Assembly (NCBI GenBank): GCA_039028615.1
Contig: JBCCHT010000010.1
Location: forward strand, 192,001-256,000
Length of the DNA: 64,000 bases
Direction: 5' to 3'
Source of the DNA: Myxococcota bacterium
GTDB lineage: Bacteria; Myxococcota_A; Polyangia; Nannocystales; Nannocystaceae
The notes beneath the pieces were generated by a model, which made no database searches, was not told the origin of the DNA, and saw nothing but the letters and a program-made list of their open reading frames with translations. Positions 38,751 to 48,365 of the stretch are shown here, piece after piece (position 1 is the stretch's first letter; each line of letters begins with the position of its first letter). The position numbers and the translations under genes are program-made.

Positions 38751-39920
38751 ATGGCTCAGCCCTACCTCCTGTATGCCACCGCTTGTTCGCTCTTTTCGGG
38801 CAAGGCACGCGCCTATCTCCGCTTCAAGGGGGTGCCCTTCGAGGAGCGGCTGACCACGATGAAGGCGTACAAGGATGTGATTCGGCCGCGCACGGGCAAG
38901 GCGATGATCCCGGTGATGTTCACGCCCGAGGACATCGCGGTGCAGGACACGACGGACATCATCGATTTCATCGAGCAGCGGCAGCCGGAGGCGTCGGTCT
39001 ATCCCACGACGCCGCTGCAGCGATTGGTGGCGTTGCTGGTGGAGGTCTACGCGGACGAGTGGTTGGTGATGCCGGCGATGCACTACCGCTGGCACTTCAA
39101 GCGCCGCAACCTGCGGTTCATCCTCAAGGAGTTCGGCTCGACCGGGTTTCCGGGCTGGCCCGGGCCGCTGCAGACCTTGGCCGGCATTCCGCCCGCGTTG
39201 ATGTTCGGCGGCGGCTACAAGAAGGTCTTCGGCATCACCAAGCACAACGAGCCGGTCATCGAGCGCTTCACCGAGGCGGTGTTGCGCGAGCTGAACGAGC
39301 ACTTCGGGCAGCACCCGTTCTTGCTGGGGAGTCGACCCTCGGTGGGGGACTACGGGTTGATGGGGCCGCTTTATGCTCACCTTTATCGCGACCCGTACTC
39401 GGGCGAGCTCATGCAGCGCATCGCGCCCGAGGTCGCGCGGTGGGTGGAGCGGATGAACGATCCGAAGCCGGGGAGCGGCGAGTTCCTAGCCGACGATCGA
39501 GTGCCGGAGAGTCTCGACCCGGTGTTGCGGCGGATGTTCGAGCACCAGTGGCCCGTGCTGCGCGACACCATCGATCGTGTGCATCGCTGGGTGGAGGACA
39601 ATCCCGGTCGCCGGGTGTCTCGCTTCATCGGCAAGCATCACTTCCAGATCGACGGGGTCGAAGAAGAGCGCCTGGTCATGCCCTACGCGCAGTGGATGTG
39701 GCAGCGGCCGGCCTCGTACTTCCAGTCGATGACGGGAGCCGAGCGCGAGCGGGTGGCCGCGCGCATGCAGGCCGTCGGCGGGCTCGAGGCGCTGGAGCGG
39801 GAGATCCCCACGGTGCTCAAGCGCGTGGACAACCGGCTGTGGGTGGCCGAGTCTCCGACCGACGGGCGCACCGGGCATCCGCAGGGCGCACCGACCCAAC
39901 CGCACGCTGCCGCGAGCTGA
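38751..39920 (+). CDS. Glutathione S-transferase-family protein
   Basis: SLFSGKARAYLRFKGVPF, IPV, QDTTDIID, FLLGSRPSVGDYGLMGPLYAHL.RDP. Confidence 0.88.
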   Translation: MAQPYLLYATACSLFSGKARAYLRFKGVPFEERLTTMKAYKDVIRPRTGKAMIPVMFTPEDIAVQDTTDIIDFIEQRQPEASVYPTTPLQRLVALLVEVYADEWLVMPAMHYRWHFKRRNLRFILKEFGSTGFPGWPGPLQTLAGIPPALMFGGGYKKVFGITKHNEPVIERFTEAVLRELNEHFGQHPFLLGSRPSVGDYGLMGPLYAHLYRDPYSGELMQRIAPEVARWVERMNDPKPGSGEFLADDRVPESLDPVLRRMFEHQWPVLRDTIDRVHRWVEDNPGRRVSRFIGKHHFQIDGVEEERLVMPYAQWMWQRPASYFQSMTGAERERVAARMQAVGGLEALEREIPTVLKRVDNRLWVAESPTDGRTGHPQGAPTQPHAAAS

Positions 39921-39928
39921 GGCGGGCG

Positions 39929-40591
39929 GTGGGGCTTCACTACTACTTTTGCCTGGAGGAGCGAGACGGCGAGCGGTGGCGTCCGTGCACGCGGGCGCGA
40001 CCGCGCGAAGACTCCGCGTTGGGCAGCCACTCCCCCGCGTATCGGGCGGACTTCACCTGGCTGCATCGTCGTAGCCCGGCGCTGCCGTTGTTCTTCGGTG
40101 AGCTGTTCGAGATGCACGCCACGCTACCGCCCGACGCGGAGCAGTCGAGCTTCTTTGCCCACCACCTTCAGCGCGGCGGCGAGGCGGACTTGGTCGAGAT
40201 GCAGGTGCACTGGATCTCGGTCGCCGACCTGTGCCTCGACGAGTGGCCATCGCTGTCGTTCGTCATGCGCGGTCGGATTGCGGCCGCGGTGGCGGGAGCG
40301 TTCGGCGATGGCCGAGGGGCGCTTCCGATGGCGGCGTTGCGAGCGGCGGGCATCAACGACACACAGATCGACGAGCTCGCCTGGCGGGCCGTGGTGGGGG
40401 CGCCCGCGATCGACCAGCACCATGGCAAGCCGGCGTATGTGCGCCGCGCTGCCGACCCTGAACTGCCGGTCGACGTGACGTGGTCGGCACCGCTTCGAGA
40501 GATTCTCGGCGCCGATCGATTTACGGCGTTCGTCGGACTGCAGACCCTGGCTTCGCCCGAAGACCTGCGCGTGATCGCGTACCTGGGCTAG
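39929..40591 (+). CDS. Hypothetical protein
   Basis: 3' part of ORF 38600-40591 from GTG 39929, 8 nt after the GST stop; natural amino-acid composition. Confidence 0.6.
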   Translation: MGLHYYFCLEERDGERWRPCTRARPREDSALGSHSPAYRADFTWLHRRSPALPLFFGELFEMHATLPPDAEQSSFFAHHLQRGGEADLVEMQVHWISVADLCLDEWPSLSFVMRGRIAAAVAGAFGDGRGALPMAALRAAGINDTQIDELAWRAVVGAPAIDQHHGKPAYVRRAADPELPVDVTWSAPLREILGADRFTAFVGLQTLASPEDLRVIAYLG

Positions 40592-40730
40592 CGCCGTTGA
40601 GCGTTGGTCATCAGGTCGTGGGGCGCCGTCGACACCGTGCTTGGTCCCATCCGCGTCGCGGCTACGCGCGGCAAGAAAAGTCACGGGGTCGCGGTGCGGG
40701 GACGGGGGCCGTGGGCGGTATCGTGAGCGG

Positions 40731-42503
40731 GTGACGACCCTTCGCTTCCTTGCTCGTACGAATCTGTTGGCGTCGGCGGTGTTGCTGCTGGCGTGCGGTG
40801 ACGATGGCGGAGGTGGAGGCGGGACCGGAGGCAGCACGGGCGGCTCCGAGTCCACGGGTACACCGACGGTGGTGGACGACGACGGCACCACGAGCGCGGC
40901 GACCACCGAGGTGGCCGACAGCAGCGACGACGGAGGCTCGAGCGATACGGGCGAAGAGCCGCCCTCGAAGATCTGCCCCGATGGGCTGCCGCGCACGGCC
41001 TTCGACGACACCGCCACCGAGGCGGCCTACGACGACCCCGCCCCCGATTTCACCGTCGAGACCCTGCGGGGCACCTACGACTTCGGCGAGGAGTGGACGG
41101 GCTGCGACAACTACGTGCTGGTCGTCTACAACGCGGGAGCGGGCGGCGGCACCGAGTTCTGGGGCTCCTCGGTCGAGGCCCTGCTCGACGACAGCGACGA
41201 CAACACCGTCTACCTGTTCGCGGTGCGCTCGGACGATGCGCAGGTGCGTGAGACCTTCGTCAACGACGTGGGCGCGCGCATCGAGGGCGGCCTGATGGAG
41301 CGCGGCCAAGAGGTCTACGACGCGTGGACCTGGCGCTTCCGCTACGTGCTCGACGACGCGGCCGACATCCCCGCGCTGGCGATGGCGATCGACACCAATC
41401 CCGGCGAGCGTCACGTCACCGTCGATCGCATGCAGCGGGTCCGCGAGGGCCACAACGTGTCGATCTTCAACGGCACCTGGGTCCCTCAGCTCGCCCAGAC
41501 ACGCTACTGGGCCAAGTACTACAACGGCCAGTACCTGCTCGATCAGCAGCTGGCCGAAGAAGAGGCGCGCGGCGACGTCCTCGTGCATCGCATCGCCGAT
41601 GGCCAGGAGATTCGCGCGCAGGGCTGGGCCGATGGGCACCCCGTCACCGAGCCCCACGAGTGGGAGTTCCCCGATGCCGAGACCATGGCGCAGTACGACA
41701 CGCTGGCCATCGATCTGCACGTGGATTGCCCGGGCGCGGGGCACCCGTACGTGGCGACCTGCGGCGAGTGGGACACGGTGGGGAGCATCTTCCTGTGCAC
41801 CGACGAGGAGTGCACGCCCGCGGAACGCCGCCGCGTGGTCAAGTGGATCACGCCGTATAGCGCCCCTGGTCGGTGGCTCATCGACATCACGCCCGAGCTG
41901 GTCCACCTGCAGCAGGGCGGCACGCTGCGCTTCGTGACCGCGGGCGGTGATAACAACGCGGGGCCCTACACCTATCGCTACACCGCCGACCTTCGCTTCG
42001 GCCACGCCGAGGACGAGTTCGCGCCCATCGGCATGGAAGAGCTGGTGCCGCGCGGCAGCTACGGGTGGAACGACGGCTTCCACGACCAGTGGAACCAGTT
42101 CACGATCAACCCGCCGAAGGGTACGCAGCGGGTCGAGCTGTACGCGCGGATCTCCGGGCACGGGGCGGCGGACGGCAACAACTGCGCGGAGTTCTGTACC
42201 TTCACGCACAACTTTGCCGTCGGCGGCGTGGACTATGCGTACACCTACGAGATGGAGCAGTCGGTCAACCGCTGCGCCGAGCTGGTGTCTGAAGGCGTGA
42301 CGCCCAACCAGGGCGGGACCTGGTTCTTCGATCGCTCGTCGTGGTGCCCCGGCTACACGATCGAGGAGTGGCGCGAGGACATCACCGATGCCGTCGACCT
42401 GACGGGCGGCGAGACGGTCATCGACTACACCTCGACCTTCGGCATGGGCGGCCCCGCGGGTGGCTCGATGGATATGCGGGTCGAGGTCGTCTACTACGGC
42501 TAG
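40731..42503 (+). CDS. Peptide-N-glycosidase F-related lipoprotein
   Basis: Lipobox LLAC; CGEWD, WITPY, ISGHG, CAEFC, NQGGTWFFDRSSWCPG. Confidence 0.85.
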   Translation: MTTLRFLARTNLLASAVLLLACGDDGGGGGGTGGSTGGSESTGTPTVVDDDGTTSAATTEVADSSDDGGSSDTGEEPPSKICPDGLPRTAFDDTATEAAYDDPAPDFTVETLRGTYDFGEEWTGCDNYVLVVYNAGAGGGTEFWGSSVEALLDDSDDNTVYLFAVRSDDAQVRETFVNDVGARIEGGLMERGQEVYDAWTWRFRYVLDDAADIPALAMAIDTNPGERHVTVDRMQRVREGHNVSIFNGTWVPQLAQTRYWAKYYNGQYLLDQQLAEEEARGDVLVHRIADGQEIRAQGWADGHPVTEPHEWEFPDAETMAQYDTLAIDLHVDCPGAGHPYVATCGEWDTVGSIFLCTDEECTPAERRRVVKWITPYSAPGRWLIDITPELVHLQQGGTLRFVTAGGDNNAGPYTYRYTADLRFGHAEDEFAPIGMEELVPRGSYGWNDGFHDQWNQFTINPPKGTQRVELYARISGHGAADGNNCAEFCTFTHNFAVGGVDYAYTYEMEQSVNRCAELVSEGVTPNQGGTWFFDRSSWCPGYTIEEWREDITDAVDLTGGETVIDYTSTFGMGGPAGGSMDMRVEVVYYG

Positions 42504-42559
42504 CGGCTTGTCGAGCCGCTCCAGGCCGAATCTCGGGCGCCACCCTCGGTGCCCCGAGG

Positions 42560-43972
42560 TCAGCCCGGCGGGGTGGTGACGCTCTTGAGCTGGCCGCCGG
42601 TCATGTCGCTGTACACGTAGTGCGTGCCGCTGATGGTGGTCTGTTCCATGGCCGCCACGTTGGCGGGATCGATCTTCCACGCCCAGCCGGACTGGTCGAC
42701 CAACCAGACGTAGCCATCCACGTCGACGCTCACACCGATCGGTGTTCCGCACTGGCTCAGCTGATGGTGTGCCACCACCGTACGGCTCGCCCCATCGATC
42801 TCGACGAGCTCGCACGGGCTGTTGGACGCAACCCAGACGTGGAAGTCATGGTCCACCGCCATACCGCGGTGGCATGCGGACGTCCCGGGAATGGTGACCC
42901 AGGTCGCGGCCGCGACGTCGTAGGTCGATACCGGGCCCGAGCAGCCCGCCATCCATGGGTTGCCGTTTTGGTCCACGGTCATGCCGTACGACTGCACGGA
43001 GCCCGGCTGGGTGAAGCGGGTGACGTCGACCGGGTCGTTGTCGGTGTTGACCCGCACGAGCTCGCCGCGCAGCCCGGTGAACCAGGGACGGTCTTCTGGA
43101 TCCAGCGCGCCGCCATACGGCGCATAGCCGCTGCCCACCCAGCCGGCAACGACCACGTCCTCCTCGACGACGCCCGTGGGTCCGTCGAGTCGGACGAGGT
43201 GCCCCTCGCCGCCGCCACCCAGAAAGCCGACCCAGACTTTTTGGTTGATGAAGGAGCAGGTGGGCTCGTTCCAATCGCCGATCGTCCACGTGATCCCGCG
43301 TGGGCCTGCCGTCTCAGAGCCAGCCCACCCCGCGTGCACGATGCTCCATACGACACACTCGTCGCTCTGCCAGGGCAAGATGTCGGTGGCATTCGCCGAC
43401 GTCGTGATCACGCCATCGCCGTTGGCGTCGATACAATCGTCGATGTTGGTCGCGATCGCGGTCGACCGCCCTGTCCCGCGGCTGTTCACCACGACGTAGC
43501 GACCATCGCCCGAGACGGCCGTACGTGACGCGCTTTCATTGCCACCGCTCGGGCCAATGTTGTAGCGGGCGATCTCGATGAGCGTTCGCGTGTCGATCTT
43601 GGCCACCGTGCCATCGCTGGTGCCGGGGACCCAGATGAAGCTCTCATCGGCTTCGCCGCCACCACCAGCGCCGCCGCAGGCCGCTCCCGGGACGTCGGTG
43701 GGGCCGACATCGAACTTCAGCCCCCCGTCACCCGTCGAGTCGCCCGCGTCCGCCGAAGCCGAACCCGCGGCCGAGCCCGAGCCCTCGGCCCCGCCGCTCG
43801 CCCCATTGTCCGTGCCTTGTGCCGTGCCTTGACTGAGTCCACCGAGCGTCAGCCCATCACCATCACCATCAGCGCTCGCCCGAGACTCTGAACCACCGCA
43901 ACCAATGGCGGCGACGGCAACGAGCAGTGAAGAGATCAGAAGCGTGGGATGCTCGCGTTCAGGCCTACACAT
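42560..43972 (-). CDS. Vgb-like beta-propeller lipoprotein
   Basis: Lipobox AIGC; FIWV...GTVAKIDTRTL.EIARY, SRTAV, YGMTVD..GNPW, YVYSDMTG. Confidence 0.8.
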   Translation of the reverse strand: MCRPEREHPTLLISSLLVAVAAIGCGGSESRASADGDGDGLTLGGLSQGTAQGTDNGASGGAEGSGSAAGSASADAGDSTGDGGLKFDVGPTDVPGAACGGAGGGGEADESFIWVPGTSDGTVAKIDTRTLIEIARYNIGPSGGNESASRTAVSGDGRYVVVNSRGTGRSTAIATNIDDCIDANGDGVITTSANATDILPWQSDECVVWSIVHAGWAGSETAGPRGITWTIGDWNEPTCSFINQKVWVGFLGGGGEGHLVRLDGPTGVVEEDVVVAGWVGSGYAPYGGALDPEDRPWFTGLRGELVRVNTDNDPVDVTRFTQPGSVQSYGMTVDQNGNPWMAGCSGPVSTYDVAAATWVTIPGTSACHRGMAVDHDFHVWVASNSPCELVEIDGASRTVVAHHQLSQCGTPIGVSVDVDGYVWLVDQSGWAWKIDPANVAAMEQTTISGTHYVYSDMTGGQLKSVTTPPG

Positions 43973-44290
43973 AGTCACTTCGACACTCGCTGCCTGAGAT
44001 ACGAAATGCAACTGCATATGCGCGTGGCGAGCGAGTGCACGGTCACGGCCAACGTGGGTATGTGTGCGACAGAACGAGTCCTCGTGCGGCGGTCGGGGAA
44101 AGGAGTGTTCCCTCGGGGCGACTCGTACCTGGGGGCTGCCGGCATCAATTCAGGCGGCCGAGTATCGGGACGCGACACTTACGCATGTCGCTCGTGCGCA
44201 GCAACGGCGGCGAAGCCTAGCGCACCAGAATCACCCATGCGCTCGACGACGTAGTTCTCTGACAGGACGGGAAGCCCTTCCCGCATCGGG

Positions 44291-45688
44291 CTACCCTGCG
44301 AGCCCGAGGTCTTCGGCCGTCGCGACGGGTTGGAGGTTTTCACCCATCGTCTCGGGTTCACGACCTGCGCCGGTACGCCACCCCCAGCAGCGGATCGAGT
44401 CGTCGTCGAGCCATGCACAGCTCCTGCGACCTGCGGTAAAGGAGACGACCGAACGCCCACTACCGACATCGACCGGTAGCAGGTTGTCGCCCATCTCCTC
44501 GGGCCGACCACCACGCGGATCGGGATCCCCCTGTCCCAACTGTCCCGAGTTGTTGGTGCCCCAGCACTTGAGTTCGCCAACGTCGAGGAGGGCACACGTG
44601 GCGGTGCTGTCTCCGTCGAGCGCCACGACCCGGGCATCGGTCCCCAGGTCGACATACGGGAGCCGGTCACCGAGCGGAGCCACGAATGGTTCGTAGTTCC
44701 CCAGTCCCAGCAGGACATTCGGTACTTGCTCTGGAGGCTCGTGCGGCTCCAGCGGGCGCTCGGATGCCCCCCAGCACTTGACGCGACCGGCGACCGTCAA
44801 CGCGCACGTATGGTAGAGGGCGGCCACGGCCTGCTGAACACGGACGCCCTCCCCAAGGTCAACGAACGGCAGCGCATCGCCCATCTCGCCCGCTTCGTCC
44901 CCGTAGATGGTCCCGATCGGCTCGAGCCCGAGCTGCCCAAAGTGGTTGCTGCCCCAGCACTTCAGCGCACCTTCGTCGTTCCACGCACAAGCGTGGCCGC
45001 TCCCCACCGCGAGGCCGGCCGCTACGAACCCCGTGCCGAGATCGACGAAGGGGAGCGCATCGCCCATCTCCTCGGGGTCGTCGCCTCGCACCTGCCGGTC
45101 TTCCAGGCCGAGAAACTCCGGCTCCGAACCCCAGCCCTTGATCCGCCCCTGGTCATCGCGAACGAAGTACCCCTGACTGGGCCGAGCTTCGACCTGCACG
45201 ATCGTCCCCATGGATCCCAGGCTCACGAAAGGGAGCGCATCGCCGCGCTCGTGGGAGTCGTCGCCGAGCCGGAGTGAGAGATCCGCTTGGCCCAGCACAT
45301 AGTGCTTCTCGGGTTGGTCTGGAACCCAGCCGCCGTTGTCTCCCCAGCACCTGACACCGAGCGCTTCGATGACCGCACAGCGTGATGCCTCGCCCGTGGC
45401 CAGTGCAAGCACGCTTGCATCACGGCCGACATCCAGCGGTGGGATGGGGCTCGGTGCAACGAGGGTGTCCCTCAGCATCAGCATCGTGGGCGTCTCGTCG
45501 CTGGAGAATGCACCATCGTAGGCCCAGCAGCGCGCGATACCTTCGTCCACGATGCAGTTGTCGTCCATGCGCTGGACGATTTCCTGCGGACTCGGCCAAG
45601 GCTCGACCGTGGAGTCGTTGCAGCCGATGACCGAGAGCGCCACGGCGGCCCACAGGCCACCGCGACGGGCTCGGGTCAAAGCGTACAT
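44291..45688 (-). CDS. RCC1-repeat lipoprotein
   Basis: Lipobox VIGC; repeats of HTCAL..G.VKCWG.N..GQLG and GD...EMGDALPFVDLG. Confidence 0.85.
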   Translation of the reverse strand: MYALTRARRGGLWAAVALSVIGCNDSTVEPWPSPQEIVQRMDDNCIVDEGIARCWAYDGAFSSDETPTMLMLRDTLVAPSPIPPLDVGRDASVLALATGEASRCAVIEALGVRCWGDNGGWVPDQPEKHYVLGQADLSLRLGDDSHERGDALPFVSLGSMGTIVQVEARPSQGYFVRDDQGRIKGWGSEPEFLGLEDRQVRGDDPEEMGDALPFVDLGTGFVAAGLAVGSGHACAWNDEGALKCWGSNHFGQLGLEPIGTIYGDEAGEMGDALPFVDLGEGVRVQQAVAALYHTCALTVAGRVKCWGASERPLEPHEPPEQVPNVLLGLGNYEPFVAPLGDRLPYVDLGTDARVVALDGDSTATCALLDVGELKCWGTNNSGQLGQGDPDPRGGRPEEMGDNLLPVDVGSGRSVVSFTAGRRSCAWLDDDSIRCWGWRTGAGREPETMGENLQPVATAEDLGLAG

Positions 45689-46075
45689 TCCGCGGCACCC
45701 CATGGACCTCCATGGTGTACCTCGAAGCTCTCGAAGTCGACCACGCTCACACCGATTGATCCCCCCGGCTCCATGGCAAAGAACTCGTTGTCGCGGCCGA
45801 CATGAACTCATTCTAGAAAACCGACACCCAAGGCCCGCTCCCTAATCCAATCTTGCGCATACGCAGCGCCATCCAGGTCATGAACGACCGCGGGCCTCTA
45901 CGCAGAGCGAATTCTGTTCCCACATCGCGTCTGCAAGACACCGCCGCTCTCCCGCGCACTCAGGATTCACTCGAGCTCATTCCTCCCCCGCCGCAACACC
46001 TCGCGAGCCCTCCAAACTTCGTCGAAAAAGACGCAAGCCACGGCGAGGAGAAATCACGGGGCCGTCGCATGACGT

Positions 46076-47653
46076 CTACCGCAGAGCCCCGAGCACCCAA
46101 CGCTGCTGATAGGCGGCGCTAGGATTATCGACCTGCACGGTAATCGTGCCATCGCCAGCCCGCGTATAGGTCTCGACAACCTCACTCCCCGCATGCCCAT
46201 GTCGCTCGATCGGCGCCTCATCGAGGCTCTGCTCCGACCCAGTCAACTCCGCATCGTACGGGATCCGCAGCTCCTGCCACGGCGTCAGGTCTCCGCCCGG
46301 ACGCCCATCGCCAGAAAGTCGCGTGCACTCCAAAAACCGCAGGTGCCCCACGCTATGCACGGGCCGGTAGCGACGCTGCACCACGAGGGTCGACGCGTCG
46401 GTGGGCATGGTGTCCTTGGTGAGGATGGGGTCGAAGACCTTCTCGCGCCCGTCCTCGGCCTCGCGCCAGACGCCGAAGTGGCGGGTGGTGGCCTCGCGGA
46501 CGCGAATGTCGGCGGCAGGATCGGCGGCCACGGCCAGGCCCATGGCGGTCGCAGCGTGGGGCTGGGCGGACAGCTTGATCTTCCGACCAAAGCGCTCGCG
46601 GAGCCGTCGGGCGACGGGCGGGAAGGCAACCGAGCCCCCCACGAGGTACAGCGCGCCGAGCTGGCGCGAGTCCTCGGGGTCGAGGCCGTGCTTGGACACG
46701 CCCGCGAACAGCTCGTCGACGAGATCGATGGTGCGCTGGATCAGCGGGCGGCAGCGCTCGTAGAGGGTGTCGGTGCGTAGCACGACGGGCGCGGCATCGG
46801 GCAGCAGCGCGGCGGGATCGATGATGAGGCGGCGGCTGCTGGGGCGCAGGCCTTCCTTGGCGTCGCGGCACAGCTCGTGGGAGGCCGCGAGCGGGACCGC
46901 CTCGACGGCTTCGCGCGGGGTGCCGGCTTCGATGAGCCCTTCGCTGACCATCTGCCAGATCGTGGCATCGAAGTCGGCGCCGCCGAGCTGGGCGATGCCC
47001 TCGCTCGTGAGCAGATCGAAGCGTCGCCCCTCGAGAGAGACGGCGGCGGTATCGAAGGTCCCGCCGCCGAGGTCGTAGACCACGACGTAGCGCTTGGGGC
47101 TGCGCGGCGACAGAGCGACGGGCTCGCGATAGGCGTACTCGATGGCGGCGGCGGTGGGCTCGTTGACCAGGCCGAGCACGCTGAACCCGGCGCGGTTGAA
47201 GGCCTCGAGGGTGAGGTACCGCTGACGGGTGCTGGCGTTGGCGGGCACGGCCACCATGACGGGCAGCGGTGCGTCGGTGGCCTTGGGCAGCTCGAGGTTG
47301 CAGTGATGGAGGAGCATCTCCCGGACCCAGGTCAGATACGCCTGCAGGAGCGCGAGCGCGGTGCAAGGCTCGGACACGCCTTCGATGGGATCGTCGGGCG
47401 CCATGGTCGAGACCAGGCGCTTGACCGAAGCGATGGCGAACTGCGAGGGCTCGGGCTTCGCGAGCAAGGCCCGTGCTCGTTCACCGAACCACCACTGACC
47501 CTTGGCGTGCACGGCGAGCCCGGGTAGGTGGTCGGAGAAGCAGCCGCCGAGATCGAAGCTCGCCACGGGATAGCGACCGCGGTCGACGGCGACGGCGACG
47601 GTGCGGGTGGTGCCCAAGTCGATGCCGAGGCGGATGGGAGGCGAATCGCTCAT
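46076..47653 (-). CDS. Hsp70-family (DnaK-like ATPase) protein with short atypical C-terminus
   Basis: GIDLGTT, VAVPA, VNEPTAAA, VYDLGGGTFD, LGGADFD, LVGGS. Confidence 0.9.
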   Translation of the reverse strand: MSDSPPIRLGIDLGTTRTVAVAVDRGRYPVASFDLGGCFSDHLPGLAVHAKGQWWFGERARALLAKPEPSQFAIASVKRLVSTMAPDDPIEGVSEPCTALALLQAYLTWVREMLLHHCNLELPKATDAPLPVMVAVPANASTRQRYLTLEAFNRAGFSVLGLVNEPTAAAIEYAYREPVALSPRSPKRYVVVYDLGGGTFDTAAVSLEGRRFDLLTSEGIAQLGGADFDATIWQMVSEGLIEAGTPREAVEAVPLAASHELCRDAKEGLRPSSRRLIIDPAALLPDAAPVVLRTDTLYERCRPLIQRTIDLVDELFAGVSKHGLDPEDSRQLGALYLVGGSVAFPPVARRLRERFGRKIKLSAQPHAATAMGLAVAADPAADIRVREATTRHFGVWREAEDGREKVFDPILTKDTMPTDASTLVVQRRYRPVHSVGHLRFLECTRLSGDGRPGGDLTPWQELRIPYDAELTGSEQSLDEAPIERHGHAGSEVVETYTRAGDGTITVQVDNPSAAYQQRWVLGALR

Positions 47654-47760
47654 CGTCGGGATCGGGACGCTACCCGAAGCGCTGGGTGCCGAGTAGACGG
47701 CAATGCGGCCCGATTGCGGCACGCTCGGTCGCCCGCTATGACCTGCCGAAGAGTTGTCCC

Positions 47761-48321
47761 ATGAACGACGTTGAATCCGCCCGCGCGTTCTCCGTACGAA
47801 ACGAACGACCCGACGACGCCGATGCGGTGCGCCGCGTGGTGACCGACGCGTTCGATCGCCCCGATGAAGCGGCCATCGTCGATGCGCTGCGCGGGTCCGA
47901 GGTCGTGACCTTGGCGTTGGTGGCGGAGCTGGATGGACAATTGGTGGGGCATATCGCGTTTTCTCCCGTAAGCATCGCGACCGAGCAGGGCCAGGTGCTG
48001 GTCGAGGAAGGGCAGGGGGTCGTGGGCTTGGCACCGGTCTCGGTCGTTCCGCTGCACCAGGGCCGGGGCATCGGCGGGCGGCTCATCGAGGAGGGGCTGT
48101 CGCGGCTGCGCGCGCAGGGCCACGGGGCGGTCGTGCTGCTGGGGCACCCGAGCTACTACCCGCGCTTTGGCTTTCGGCCCGCGGCACAACGCGGTCTCCG
48201 CTGGGAAATCCCGTGTCCGCCCGAGGCGTTCATGGTGCAGGAGCTGCGCGCGGGCGCCCTGCCGGAGGGCGGCGGGGTGGTGCGCTACCGGGCCGAGCTC
48301 GGCGGGGGCGAGCACGACTGA
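47761..48321 (+). CDS. GNAT N-acetyltransferase (YhbS-like)
   Basis: EAAIVDALR, VGHIAFSPV, LAPVSV.P.HQGRGIGGRLI, VLLGHPSYYPRFGF. Confidence 0.92.
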   Translation: MNDVESARAFSVRNERPDDADAVRRVVTDAFDRPDEAAIVDALRGSEVVTLALVAELDGQLVGHIAFSPVSIATEQGQVLVEEGQGVVGLAPVSVVPLHQGRGIGGRLIEEGLSRLRAQGHGAVVLLGHPSYYPRFGFRPAAQRGLRWEIPCPPEAFMVQELRAGALPEGGGVVRYRAELGGGEHD

Positions 48322-48365
48322 AGTTCGTGCGACCCCGCGGTACGATGAGCGGGGAGAGCGAGCGG

